DNA of 63,013 bases, filler included, from Sphacelaria rigidula (taxonomy: Eukaryota): assembly GCA_964200075.2 (NCBI GenBank). It is 9 parts of 9 records of this genome, joined end to end, with 100 filler letters (N's around TTAATTAATTAA, not from the genome) between each part and the next. Parts side by side here need not be neighbours in the genome. Positions count along the whole stretch, not along the records: positions 1 to 6,913 come from CAXNAA020017436.1; positions 7,014 to 13,926 come from CAXNAA020017437.1; 7 more parts are not named here. One strand, 5' to 3'. The notes below the pieces were generated by a model. The model worked only from the letters and a program-made list of their open reading frames with translations, did no database searches and was not told where the DNA came from. Position 1 is the first letter of the stretch; each line of letters begins with the position of its first letter. Position numbers and translations under genes: made by a program. Positions 1 to 12,953 of this stretch are shown here, in pieces.

Positions 1-716
1 TTCCCTGCAAAAGAGAAATGCCACTTCAACCCCATATTTTGTATCAACCCCATTTTCTAGGATCCACTGTTCTTTGAGGATTCTTCTGTTTTCACGGAAA
101 TTTGGGAAAAAAGGGGACGAGCAATGCTCCAAAACAATTGCGGGGTGTTATTCGTGCGTGAAAAACACGGCAGGGGCACACTGCGTCTGACTTCCCGCCA
201 GGGGAGTACTTTTATCTTCATGTGCCATTACTATTTTATTTTCAGTGCAAACGTCACATTAGCTCGATTCCTTGGAAATTTTAGTTCGATTCCTCCAACG
301 CGTGGCCACCGGGTGCAAGGAGCGTACCGCCCATACCCATTAAACAAAGGTTTAACAGAGAAAGGGCTTGAAACAAAAACGATACACGAAAGAACGACAT
401 CTACACTACGAATGCAACCGCGCAAATCTCCCGAAGTACAGGGAACACCCTGCAAGCTGAAAAACTTCCGGCGGGCGATCTAGATGACGAACTTGTCACC
501 TACTGCTGTATATACGTGTAGTAACAGCTAACATCAGCTCGATTCCTGTTCATATTAGTCCGATCCCTCCAACCCGTGGACATGGGGTGCATACCATTCA
601 TACCCATGAACCAAAAAGTCAACAGAGGAAGGCTATAAACAAAAACGATCCACGATACAAAGCACCTACACTGCGAAAAAGCTACGTTATGACCGATCAA
701 ACTACAGGCAACCTAC

Positions 717-1047
717 TGTGTGTGATGTGTGTGTTGTCGTCCCATGTATCATGGACGCCGGTCTACACCTTTCGGTATATGTGGGCGCACCAGCCGTGGT
801 CACACAGGAGGAAGGTCAACACAGGCGTGTTTGTTCCTTTTTGTTTATTTATAGTACTCCACTTTTCTTCTGCGGTGCTTGCCTCTATTTTTTATCGCGA
901 GATGGGTTCAGCGGTCCCTTTCCCTTGTCGACCGTTAAGTCGAATTTTGTGTACCCACGACATAATCGCTCTCCACTGTCGGGCATGATGTGAGAAAATA
1001 TCCCAGATCGCTCCGAGATTTTAATCCACGACCCAACCGTCAAAAGT
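717..1047 (-). mobile_element. SINE family 1, lacking the A-box end
   Basis: Colinear with 61037-61360. Confidence 0.78.
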
Positions 1048-3361
1048 GTCATGAGGATGCATATTTGTCTTTATCATGCCGCCTCAGACCCGTTGATGAG
1101 TCCGGCTTTATATTTGCATTTCTGGTATTCTAAGACCGAAGACTGCAGGTCTCTTTCAGATTTGGTCAGATACGAAGTGAATTTAAATATGACAGATGAT
1201 GATGGCTCTGGTGTGCCTTTGCGCAAGCCGAGACACCCTCCTCTTCACTGCCATCTGCACCCTTCTTCCAGCAAAGAAGTCTAACACTGGCGAGACTGAT
1301 TGATGGAGCGTGAGATTGAATTTGTTGATCAGATACTGGAAGATCGAGACCAAGCAGTAAAGAAGAGATATAGCCTATGCGTGAGATTCTCCTATTTCCC
1401 GGACCGTCTGTGTGAGACGGTGCCCATCATCCTGCTTGGCTGTTCAGTCAGAGGATTGATCCCCTTGCCTTGCCTAGTGAGCCTGTGCTTGTTTATACAG
1501 CACCGTAACCTCATTACATTTGGCGTCGACGGTACCCTCATTACATTTGGCGTTCGAGTAAAGAGCTTCTTTTGAATTTGCGTTTCTCTTCTCAACACCA
1601 ATTGCACCCTTGCTTGCCGAGCTGCGCGCGGACGGCTTGTTGTTGACAATTTTCTCCTCGTGGTCTTCGATCAGGTAGTCAAACTTATTTAGCCCCTTTC
1701 GGCCTGCTAGATAGTCAGTTGTCAGCTACTGCGAAGCTTTCAACCTGTGTGTAGCACCGTACACAGTGCTCGTGACTTGCAGCTCTTGCTGCTTGCTGTT
1801 TGCTGCAGCGTTTGGTTGCACGGCCTTTCGACGCTAGGCCAACGCGCGTCGTCGCCCCAACCTCGCCTTGCCGTGTTCCTGTGTATTTTGTGACATATAC
1901 ACCTATACGTTGCACTTGTGGTACGTGGTACCTGCACAACACAACCACCCCTGGTCGTTCAGTACAGCACGGTCACACGCCCGGCCATCCCTGGCTCGCG
2001 CACTTGGCGTTTTTGCCCCCTTCTTTTCTGACAGGACAAGTTTTCTACTACAGGTTTGTTACAGAACAACGCTGCACAGGGTGCATCGTTGCTCACAGCC
2101 AACTGCTGTTTCTGACCAGAGCCTTTGCCAAGCCAGCAACCTGCCGTTTTCACATTTCAGTATCGATTGTACACGACCCATTGCATCTTTTTTGTTCACA
2201 GGCCGTTGCGTAACACAACCCGTGCTTCCCCGACATGCGACTACGGACACCCGTACACGAGATTTGTACCCGTTCTCTTGCACTTCCGCTGCGTCGCAAA
2301 ATACGTCACTCGTAGCTACTTTGTTGTTGTTGTTCTCTTCTAGTGTGCTTTGCACATCTGTAGAGCGGCGCCGTACATCGCCGCGATAATTATCAATACA
2401 CAGCCCAACAGACTGTGATATTTTATCATTGAACCTCGCTCGACCAAAAACAGTTAATTGTTCCGAGACACGTTCCATTCGCGATAATATGCGCCTGTGA
2501 CATTCCGACGTACCGGTCGCTAGTTTTTCTTCCCCATAAATCAGTTGTTGCGGCGATTCCCAAAACTACACTCTAATTGACACGACGCATTGATAAATTC
2601 CAGACCTACGCTACCTGCTCACTTGGAACACACGTCTCTCTCAAAACCAGTGCCCCTTTGGTGTGTAACTCTTTTCCGGGACACGCCCTCAGCGTTGCCC
2701 CTGCTGCGCACTACTTCAACTTTGCTACCACGCCGTTGTGTGCCAAGCCTTCGTGCTGCACTACGCCGCTCGATCCTACGGTCTCCATTTCAAGCTTTTG
2801 CTGAAGCTTTTGTGCTGCCCTACGTCGCACGTCCCTTCGTTGCCCACTTACTATATTTCTGAGCACCGCCGGTCGTTTCCCAGTTTGGGCCGGGATAACA
2901 CAGTGGTGTTCGGCCCCTGATGCCGACGCTGTAAACACGTGCGGCTTGTACTACTTTCAAGTACCAACCGCCGCTATAGCCAATTGGATTTGTGCATTTT
3001 TCGACGCCTGTTTGTTCTGTGCGCGATCCCAGAATCCCGTCGCTAGCTTTTACCGCCGCACCTTCGATAGGTGTATTATAAGGAGTTCATCAGGTCCCAG
3101 ACGGAGGCCCCTGTAGGTGCTATTAACTTCACTTTCTGATATTTTTGAATTGAAGCTTTGAATGATAATACGGGAGTTCGTCTGGTTCCAAAAGAAGGTC
3201 CCTCCAGGCGCTGTTAGGCTTCATTACTCCGTATTTCTAATACAAGCTTCGACCGTTGCACCTAGCACTTCTTGGTATCACGCTCCTTTGATTAGAGCCC
3301 GACAAGCACAACCACACTGCCCCTACTTTTCCAAGTACACCAGTTGCGTACGACTAGCTCC

Positions 3362-6300
3362 ATGTCGCACAAAAATAGTGCCGACTCTTCCCCCCAATTG
3401 TGAGACCGACCGCTTCGCCGGACACGGAGCCAAACTACTGGCGGTCTGAAATGTTTTGATATCAGTAGCGCGTCACCTTCGACTACTCGACGAACGTACG
3501 CGAGAGCTGCTCGATCTTCGGGATTTGAAGACAAACTTTCGAACGCTGCTCATCCTTCGGGACTTGAAGAAGAGACTATGACGTCGCGACCTGTTCTCTC
3601 CAGTACCGATTCCAACTCGGAGAACAGGACTGTGCCACTGGCTGAGTCAGTGGCTCCTGACAGAGAGTGATGCTGCGGTAGGGGTGCACAAGTATTTTCT
3701 GAGGCTAGAATTTTTAGAAGCCCTTTATCTCAAGAAAAATACGACCTATGAAAATGTGTGAAAGCACGCCAGGATTACTACTCCAATGTGCTAGGGATAT
3801 CCCGCATGAATTTGCAAACGGGGATGCCCTGACCATATTTTTGTGCATCTAGAATCGTTAGGAGCCCCTCACCTAAGCATGATTTTGCGAAAATGTGCAC
3901 CCCTACCGTAGAATTACTCCAGACATGTCAGCGAACCCATACCGGTGGATTGCGTAGCACCCCCCTCGCTGCGGCCCGTTCTTCCGGATCCCGACATGGA
4001 ACCGAAGACAGGAATGTGGAATGTGCCCCCAGCTGAGCCGTTGTCCCTGGATACATGTGTCCAGCATGGCCCTGTGACGGTTGCTTCAACCGTGGAACCC
4101 CGTCGAACAACGGTTGACAAATCTCGAGACGACTCAGTCCCGACGAAGCGTATCGCTTCTGGAGCAAGAGATATTGTCACGTGGGTTGCTTCCGTTACGG
4201 ACCCTAATTGCACGACTCTCGGCAGTCCAATGCGCCTTGCTTCGCAGCCTAGTGATGGACAAGCAGTCGCGGCCATACATTCTTGTCTCCAGAATCTACC
4301 TTGCCCTTCTTCGGCGTCAGCGGACACGCCAGTCCCAGCTCTAATCGAGGCATTTACGGCTTTTTGCCACGCCGCGTTCCAAGATCAATCGGCCTCCGCT
4401 CACGTGCAATTCCATGATGACTCTACAACTATCGCGTCCAAACCCGTATGTTTGGCGCCCCGATTGGCGACACCGCGTTCTCCGTTCGTCTCTCATGAGA
4501 GTTTCAATGAAGACGAGTCCAGCCCCTCCTCCACTTCACACCAAAGTCTTGCTCGCGCTTCTGGACGGCTTCGCACACAGACAGTTGGTCACGACCACGT
4601 CACTCGTGCTGGCAGCTCCAAGGACGACTCCCGGGAAAGCTTCCATTTCTCGCGCGTTCTCACACGCTCGCAGAATGTAGCTCATGGCCGCACATACGGA
4701 GGTAGTTCACGGCACAGCTCTAATTCATCGCGCGCCCCCAGGCGCCCGATGAATGCCAACCGTGACCGTACTCACGAGGATAGTTCGCGGCGCAGATCGA
4801 GTTCATCGCGCGCCCAATGGCGCCCCAAGAATGGCGATCATGCAACCGCGTGCATCCCTCCCGCTTCACCTCGGTCACGCCGCCGTCATTTACGCAATGA
4901 TAATACCGTACATGCTGCCGACATTCAGAAGATATGTTCGGACATATCACCAGCTTTTGAATCCTCAATAGAGGGATTCAGCTGTAATTCATCGCACAAC
5001 CGACGACCCAGCACTGACCGCGAACTCCCGTCCCATTCTGATGCTGCGATCATTCGCTCTTTGCAACCACAAATCGCAGATGTCGAGCGAAGAGTCGCCA
5101 AGACAAACATGGGCAACAAAGGAGTACCCGCCGCCGCTGCTACCGCCACCACTGCCGCTGCCGCCGCTGCTGCCACGGCCGCCGCGCTTGCCGTCACGGC
5201 TGCTACTGTACTATCACGGCTCCCACCACAGTTGCCGCCCCGTCTGCCGTCGACACCGACGCTGATAGTAGGCCCACAACTGATCCCGTCACGGATGTCA
5301 CCGTGCCCCCCACACCGTCTGTGTAAGCTCTCCCTCCGCTCGGTGACCAGCACTGTCCGATTGGCCTCCTCTTGAGGCTCTTCAGGAACCGTTCCCGCGC
5401 GGAACAATTGGCGCTGATTGAGGATTACGCCTCGGAAGTTCCAGCGCTCGCTAGGGATATCCTCGATCAACAACGCGCGGCTGACGCCGCCGCTGTACGC
5501 CTCCTCGCGGAGGAACATGTTGACAGGCAACGGGACCTTCAGCGGCAGGCCTCACGCGCCCAAACGACGAACATGGCGCCGCGACGCGCCCTTCAGGAAG
5601 GTCGCACGGCCGCCATGGCGGCCCAGAAACGGGTGTGGGATCTGGAGGACCATGTCCGACGGACCGCTCCCGACGCGGCTACATCGGTGGCCCGCCTGAT
5701 CAACCATCAGGCCTCTCCGCCGTCCGCCGGCAACCTCAGTGGACGCCCTCCTCACCCGCCTTCGGCCTACACGGCTGAGCCCAAGACCGGCCAGTCGACT
5801 TACAAAATCCCACGTAAGTCCGACCGACCGTCTAATGCTGCGGCCATCGCCGTCCCCAAGACGGCCCCAACACCCCCGCTTCGACCAGCTATCTCGGCTG
5901 CCAATGACGGCCCAAAACCAGGTCTGCAACTCACTCACCACGAACGACTATGGCTTACTCGTTCCGCGGCCGACTTTCCAAGCCCGTTTCACAAGACAAA
6001 TCACTTACACTGCTCCCGTCAGGCTTGGAGCGTGGTGTCCCAACGTCTACACCGCGTTGTTGGCCTTTACGTGGACCAGGGCGGGTTCTTCTCCGACGAC
6101 GGTATGCCGTCCCTCACCCTGGGCCAACTGGTACTTCATATGACCATTGGCGCCGGCTTCGATTACCCTTAATGTGTGGAAACTGTCACAGATTGTTTGC
6201 GGCGCTACGTGCCGCTCACAACTCTGACCCCGACGCCACCATCGCCGACGATGATCAGGATGACGATGGTTGGACTCCCACGAGTGCCACCTGCAGGGGA

Positions 6301-6510
6301 AAGAAGAAGAACCACCGGCGGGATGACGACGACAACAATGAAGGAGGCTCACGCTGCAGCTATGGCGGCGGAGGATCCTCCTCGGGCGCTTCCGGACCGA
6401 ACTGCCCGGTCCACACTAACTGCGGCCCGACCCAGAAGAAAACAGGAGGCAGTTCTTCCGGATCTGCCGCGACAGATCGGAACCGGTCTAGCACAGGCCT
6501 GCCCCCCTAG
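3362..6510 (+). pseudogene. Decayed long intronless low-complexity ORF, possibly gag/ORF1 of a retroelement
   Basis: The frame starts at ATG 3362 (one TGA at 3401) and passes ATG 3578. It continues in frame into ORF 3945-5375 once the MITE at 3665-3919 plus one TSD is removed, then shifts into ORFs 5372-6172 and 5950-6510. The product is S/P/R/A-rich with a coiled-coil-like stretch and CxxC (CGNC). No recognisable enzyme domain. Confidence 0.45.
3665..3919. mobile_element. ~255-bp MITE with GAG...CTC ends and 4-bp TSD (Sola-like), copy 1
   Basis: TIR GAGTGATGCTGCGGTAGGGGTGCAC / GTGCACCCCTACCGTAGAATTACTC; CAGA duplicated at 3661-3664 and 3920-3923. Confidence 0.85.
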
Positions 6511-6759
6511 GGTTCGGCGACACCCAGGCAAGTGGTACCTAAGTTGGCTGATGTTTCGGGTCGCATTTTGGGTCAATCTGATTCGGACACACCAAATCGC
6601 CCATTGTGTTCTACTGCAGCCCGCGCTTTAGCAACCGCTGCGGCGGATGAAGAACGTTCCGAAGCTAGTAAAAAGCAGCTTCCGATAAAGTCGAGTCTAC
6701 CCGAGTAGCTGCAATACAGAGACAGTATATTCAGATGGGCGTGAAAAAGCTTTGGCATA

Positions 6760-6913
6760 CAGTAGTCAGCGTCAGAAGTACGCAGAATCCTTAATTTCTT
6801 AGTTTCTCAAAGATTGTCCGAATGTGTTTTGCTTGCCACCGCTCATCACGGTTACTTTTGGATGTAAAAAAATGCGCATCCGGAGATATTTGAATCCTCT
6901 TGGCAAATATTGA
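6760..6913. mobile_element. End of another copy of the 17150-17870 family, cut by the contig end
   Basis: TA|CAGTAGTCAGCGTCAGAAGTACGCAGAATCC...; reverse complement of ~17720-17870. Confidence 0.75.
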
Positions 6914-7013
6914 NNNNNNNNNNNNNNNNNNNNNNNNNNNNNNNNNNNNNNNNNNNNTTAATTAATTAANNNNNNNNNNNNNNNNNNNNNNNNNNNNNNN
7001 NNNNNNNNNNNNN
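6914..7013. other. Artificial contig linker (N44-TTAATTAATTAA-N44)
   Basis: Identical linkers at 13927-14026, 20940-21039, 27953-28052, 34966-35065, 41978-42077, 48990-49089 and 56002-56101; intervening contigs are 6913 or 6912 bp (size-sorted). Confidence 0.97.
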
Positions 7014-8459
7014 TTCTGTGGTATCGCCACTTCCGGAGACAGCCACGGCGTTTACACAGCATCATGAGTGTCTAACCCATATGTCATCCATGGGAGGGTG
7101 TTGACGTCAAAATATGTTGTTTTACTGCCGGTACACACCATCCGCCTTTGCTTGCTTCGGCGTCAACCCTCAACGGGCAGGGATCGCTGAACCAAACCCG
7201 ATTGGCCCCTCTGTAGCTCTCCATACATGAGGCTCGCTCCCGAGTTTAGACGAACGCCTATTCCGTGGCAACAGAAACGCTGAACAGCATTCGCTTAGCG
7301 GTGTTCACTGACCGCGAAAGGAGCAGGTACGGTAGGTACTGGCATCTTGGAATACCGGTATCGTGGGTATCGTAGGTATGACACTTGAAAATACCCGATT
7401 GGGTCGGCATCGGTAGGGTATGAGATGTCCGAAATACCAGTACGGGGTACCTGCCTTACCCTCTACACCGATTTCAAAACTGTCATCCGGCAGTGCGGAG
7501 AAGCGTTTAAGATCTGAGCAAGTTGGGCAGTCAAATTCTTCATGTGCCCAAGGTGAGCAGTCCCACCCGCATACGTACACAACGCACAACGCTAACCTGT
7601 AGACCTCAAAGCGCAAATAACCCCATCATGACCGCCAGCTGGATTGTTGCAAACAGCTGACAGGGTTAGACACCCAATCCATGGATCGATCATGAGTACC
7701 GCGTGGTGATTTTCGTGGTTGTTGACGTGGGTGCAGAGACGAGAGCACTCTGAGGATAGAGCAGTAGTAACTGAAAATTTGAGATTCAACAAACACGCGG
7801 ACATTCGGTTACCCCATAGAGGATTTTCCGAACGTCACCCTCGGCTCCGTCCGTTTTGAAATCCCCACCAGAGGATCTTGGGTATTCGCAAGCCCCTTGA
7901 GGATTTTGATGTTGGGGCCCTCGAAGGTCTGTGTCAATATTAAAATCCTCTGGATTGGTTTCGGAGGCACGAATGCTATGGAAATCTGGAGTTTCGGAAA
8001 GCCTCTGCTGTTCGAAATAAATCCTTTACAGTATACCCAATTCCAAAGTTGGGATCGGACATGAAATTCTAAATTCGAAACCTTACATGAAGGACTTTTT
8101 TCGAACAGCAGAAGCTGTATAAATCCAACATACACTCGCAGATGGAATTTGTACACCAGAAGAAGCTGTTCGGAACAAACCCCCATTCTGCCCGCCAATA
8201 CCTGAAATTGGGCAACACAAAACGTTATTTGCCAGCAGCTTCTGCTCTTCAAGTCCCACATACTGCACCGTATCAGCGGATGAGATTCGAGAGGCAGCAT
8301 AAATTGTTGAAAATTCATCCTCTTGCCCCCCAATTCATGTATCAACTGAGCAAGGGGATATAATTCTTCAACAGTCTCGGTTGTATACAAATCCCATACA
8401 CTGATTTCGAGTGTGTGTCCACACGGCTGTGCTCCGAAGCATCAAGCTCCAGCTTCAAC

Positions 8460-8961
8460 TCGTTACTACCGTAATCACTCCCGACCGGAGTTCGCAACGG
8501 GTATGAAAGCTAAAGATTTAATTTTTCTCAACTTCATCCACACAATTCAAACGACTTAAGACCTGAGGGAAGGTGGCCGCCTCGGGTCCGCCTAAACACG
8601 TCAAGATACCATCGAATAGCAATACCACACTTTTCTAGGATTGGCATCAGCCAGTCCGTGGAGAACGGAACAGAAATCGACAAATTGCCGTTCGCATAAG
8701 AAAACAATGCGCATGAAACGCTTTGCAGGCTCGAAAACACGCATTTTCATGGAGGAGAAACTTTCCGTACCCCCATTAGTGTTGTATGCGGTTGTAAAAA
8801 CTCTACTGACCTTCATTAATGCCTGGCGGGGGGACAGGGAAGCCGTCCTCCCTCAGGTCTCGGGAGTCGTTTGAATTGTGTGGATGAAGTTGAAAAAAGT
8901 TGACTGTTTAGCTTTCATACCCGTTGCGAATTTCGGTCGGGAGTGAGTACGGTAGCAACGA
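8460..8961. mobile_element. MITE with ~110-bp TIRs
   Basis: TCGTTACTACCGTAATCACTCCCGACCGGAGTTCGCAACGGGTATGAAAGCTAAA... is mirrored at 8845-8961. Superfamily unclear. Confidence 0.7.
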
Positions 8962-9803
8962 AAGCTAGCTATGATCAGGTTTGCCTGCCGTACTACCGAC
9001 AGCGTTGCGTGAAAGCCACAAGACCTTTGCTGTCGGTGGTTAATGGCGTGGGTCTCAAGTGCAACGACAAGTGGTTGATCGTGGAGCACTCTCGTTCCAG
9101 CTTGTAATGCATGACCTCCTCACATCGGAATAATTATGGAAAGCTACTCGTACTGTACCCAGGTGTTCACGCGACCAACGTGTGCTCCAGATTGCAGCAT
9201 GGACGGACTCCTATGCGCCACACTAGCAACAGTTAGGTCACCACCATACTCATCTTTTTGCACTTCGCATGTCAAAACGTTATCTACAAGTGTTTGATCT
9301 CTCATACACCCCAGTCAACTGGCGTGTGGCAGGCTGTTCTCGTCGGGCACCCAGAGGGTCAGATGTGGGTAAACTCAATGATGAATAACACCCCCCAAGT
9401 TCAAATTGAATCTATTTGTTATGGCCGCACCACCGCCCTGCTGGCATGTGTGTGACAGAGAACGGTAGTAGCGATGACGGGAACATTGCCCTGTTTTTCA
9501 ACATGTTTTTCAGCGCACAGAGGTGTGTCCTGTCCAAACGGAGAGGCAGAAAGAAATCCATCTTCGCATTCGTGAGCTCGACAGACAATTGTAAGACGAG
9601 AGAAAATCTCTCCGCAGCTCGATGTTTCGGCACATGGAAAGTTGGGCACCTGCTGGTAATATCGATGATGCCATTATCTCGAGAGTTTGGTAATCGCCGA
9701 GCGAGGACACACAGAGGACACGGGCGAGGAGCTTCCTCTCTGTCGCTGTTTCTCTCTCTGGTGATATCGTCATCGACACGCGTGTACACCGCATTCGTTA
9801 GGT

Positions 9804-10016
9804 GTGTAATGCGTGAGAGGACCGCAGGCTTAGAGGACCGCGCCGTAGTTCAAAATACCTTAAGATCGACGTTTTTCAAAGCCAATCGGGTCAGTTCCTG
9901 CAGGTACCACGCCCCTGACCCTAACCCCAACACTAACCCTAACCCTAACCCTAACTGTAGGGGTTTTCAAAGACCGATGAGGCCCTCTAAGCACGCGGTC
10001 CTCTCACGCATTACAC
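9804..10016. mobile_element. MITE with internal (CCCTAA)n tract, copy 1
   Basis: TIR GTGTAATGCGTGAGAGGACCGC..CTTAGAGG on both ends; CCCTAA-like repeats at 9913-9955. Confidence 0.75.
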
Positions 10017-10941
10017 GGACTCCCAGATTTTGTCGCCCCCGATTTGGTCCAAATCGGTGTCTATAAAATGCATTCCCCGATTTCCCCCCCCCAGATGCTC
10101 GGAAAAATCGAGATTGTTGACCGCCATGAAAGTTGGTCTGACTACCCCGAGCTAGGGTAAAAATATATCATTCAATGAATCGTACCCAGAAACATTTCAC
10201 ACAGAGGCGATACAACACAAAAAAATAATAAATAATAAAATGAAAATGCTAGAAAAAAAAAAGGAAGGAAAAAGGACTACTGCTAGCCATTTCAGCTCCG
10301 ATGTCATATGCGAACATTCGGGCTACTGGAGGCAGAGCTCATTGACCCACTCAACACGCGAGGCCAAACAGGCAGGGAGCCAAACTTGAGAGCCACGATC
10401 GTCACCTCTTTACAAAGGATGAATTGGCGGTAGTACGTACGAGAAAAGTGGAGAGAAGGCAGAGTATGACAATTACAGTAACGTAGGGGAGGGGGTTTGT
10501 GAAGCGAATACTTGTTGTTGTTGTTGTTGTTGTTGCTACTGCTGCTGCTGCTGCTACTGCCGTGGTTGTTGTTGTACTTATGGAAATGGCTATTCGGGCC
10601 CCTCTGCACCCGCCTGCTCTTCTTGCTCATCATGCCGCATTACAGATGGAACGGCTAAAGTAATTCAGCAAAATGCTTCGGGTTACGCGTAGGTTCAGGG
10701 CGAACACCTCAAACGAACCACCCCGCAAAAGAACGTTACAAAGACGTTCGGAGTTAGACTAAACATCTGCACTCATGGACGTTAGGTCAGTGCGAAACGT
10801 ATCAGGGGAAAAGTGCTTCTGATTTTTTTTCGCTGGTTTCCGAAGGTCCTAGAGTTTGGGGGAGTTTCGGACAATACGTGCCGTTCTAGGACCCCGTTGG
10901 CCGGCGAAATGTGCAAAAGGTGAAAAAAAAAGCCCTCAGTA

Positions 10942-11806
10942 GTGTAATGCATGAGAGGAACGCGTGTCTTCTGGGCCGCATCGAAGTGTACACACCGCTG
11001 AGTCGTCCTACGATAGGGGGGGGGGGGGGTTTTGAGCCACTTCTCGCTCGAAGGAGCCCTTTCGGGCCCGTCCCAGGATACGCTTGGCGTGCGTGTTGAG
11101 TCACCTCTTCCCCAAAGGATACCCTGCGATCCCAACCACGTGGACGATCAATGTCAAGTATATTCAATATTTTGTGTTGTTTCCATTTTTTTACGAAAAC
11201 CCGAACCAACAAAAAAACAGCACAACAAATTCCCACACCTACATTCGAGGGTTCTCCTTTTCGTAGGTCAAAAGTATATGGGTCTTTCTGTGTAACCCAA
11301 CCCTTTGGCTATCGGACAGCCAGAAAAGGGGTTAGGGTCACGCGGCGTTGTCGTGACGCGGTGTAGTTTTCATTATTTGGAATGCGCAGACGAGGCCGAT
11401 TCACGAAATGGCTTCTCCAACCCCCGTGCAGCTTGTTAGGGCCCCGTTAGCTAAAGATGTGTGCAACCCCTAACACAACATCGCGCTGGACACAGTATCG
11501 CAAATCGGCCCCGGGTGGACAAGTCTTATCAACATCAACTATCCAACATGTTGTATATAGTAGTGTTCCCCTCGTGGACGAAAATCGACATCAACAAAAT
11601 ACAGCACGCCAAACACCCACGCCACTACTCCAGTGTTTTTTTCCTCGTAGCTCGCTGTGGTTAGGGTTAGGGTTAGGGTTGGGGTTGGGGTTGGGGGCGT
11701 GGTACCTGCAGGGACTGACCCGATTGTTTTTGAAAAACGTCGATCCCTGAGGTATTTTGAACTACGGCGCGGTCCTCTAAGCACGCGGTCCTCTCACGCA
11801 TTACAC
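10942..11806. mobile_element. Longer member of the telomere-repeat MITE family
   Basis: Right part 11658-11806 matches copy 1 (TTAGGG tract plus TIR); a diverged left TIR GTGTAATGCATGAGAGGAACGCGTG lies at 10942. Pairing of the two ends is inferred. Confidence 0.55.
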
Positions 11807-12109
11807 CGTATCACCTCTTTGGCGACAACGTTGAGGAGGAATCACCGCAGTTTGGCTACAACCTACCCATGGCTGGCCCATCTCATAACTATCGCTATCT
11901 CTAATCCTAACGCTAGCCCCAACCTGAGGTAACCAGAACCCTCGGGAAGGGTGGGTGTGCACAAGATTGAGCAGTGTTGGACAAGGTGGACAGCCCTCTT
12001 CGAAGAAGCAGGTTTGACCTTGGTCCGTTTTGACCTGATTGATCCGTCCCTTCATTCAGCGCTGCTACAACAATAGACACCATCAATGGCGCTGGACCCA
12101 ACAATTACA

Positions 12110-12215
12110 CGGGTGGCCACTGGGGTGCCTGTAACCTCAAATTTGGACGTTACAGACCTTGTGCAACGTCTGCAACGTCCAAATTCGAGGTTGCAGGCAC
12201 CCCAGTGGCCACCCG
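12110..12215. repeat. 106-bp near-perfect palindrome/hairpin
   Basis: 48-bp arms with 3 mismatches around a 10-nt centre. Confidence 0.9.
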
Positions 12216-12311
12216 CACAGTAAATATTATAGGTATCTCAAACCCGAGGTTCCCGATACATTTAGCTGTAAATTACTGTGTAACATGTATATCAGGAATC
12301 TCGAATTTTAA

Positions 12312-12410
12312 CCCTCGGACCGCGAGGGTAGTCCTTCTGGATCAGGCATACTTTTTTCAAGTGAATGTTGATGCCGATTCAGCAGGTGACCTACCCTCGC
12401 GATCAAAGGG
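12312..12410. mobile_element. 99-bp piggyBac-like MITE
   Basis: TTAA|CCCTCGGACCGCGAGGGTAG ... CTACCCTCGCGATCAAAGGG|TTAA. Confidence 0.7.
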
Positions 12411-12953
12411 TTAAATGACTCTAGTATCGGGACCCAGAAATTGCCTCTTTGTATATAGACTAGGCCGGAAACGCTCCTATTCCACGTTTCAAGCTAACGT
12501 TGACCAGCAGACTTGTTGGAATTGTTGATGAATGCTAGGAACCGTTATTATATTGTCTGTAAGCTTGTACCGTACTGAATTGAAACATACATTGTAGTCT
12601 TCATGATTACAATACTTTTCATCCGTATCAAGGCGCCCCTTTCATTTTCGTGACTCTATGATTAATTGCAGCACGTGTTATGGCTTGTCTACAAACACTT
12701 ATCCTTTCTTGCGCCACTACAATGTACGAATCAGTATTATTTTGTTAGCGAAATCAGTTGATAGCGAAATCATGGGATCCCATGGACCGGTAGGGTACGG
12801 TGTTGAGAGTCTCATACGAAAGAGGCCATAATAGGGCATCATCTTTATGGAGCTTTATATTTTTGAAGCTGCCCTCTGGTGAAATTTGGCACACTTGGGA
12901 TGTGTCACTACTCGTCGAAACGAGTGCACTCTTGGATGTTTTTTGAGAGCACA

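Noticed and set aside
1301-1560. LTR end plus primer-binding site (CCTCATTACATTTGGCGT twice)
   Set aside because: No second LTR, TSD or pol sequence is visible; only an 18-bp duplication is certain.
6914-7013. Regularly spaced TTAATTAATTAA motif every ~7 kb
   Set aside because: Assembly linker with stop codons flanked by Ns; it also makes adjacency across contigs meaningless.
7809-8390. 193-aa minus-strand ORF
   Set aside because: Non-ATG start, no motif, and it lies in repeat-like sequence.
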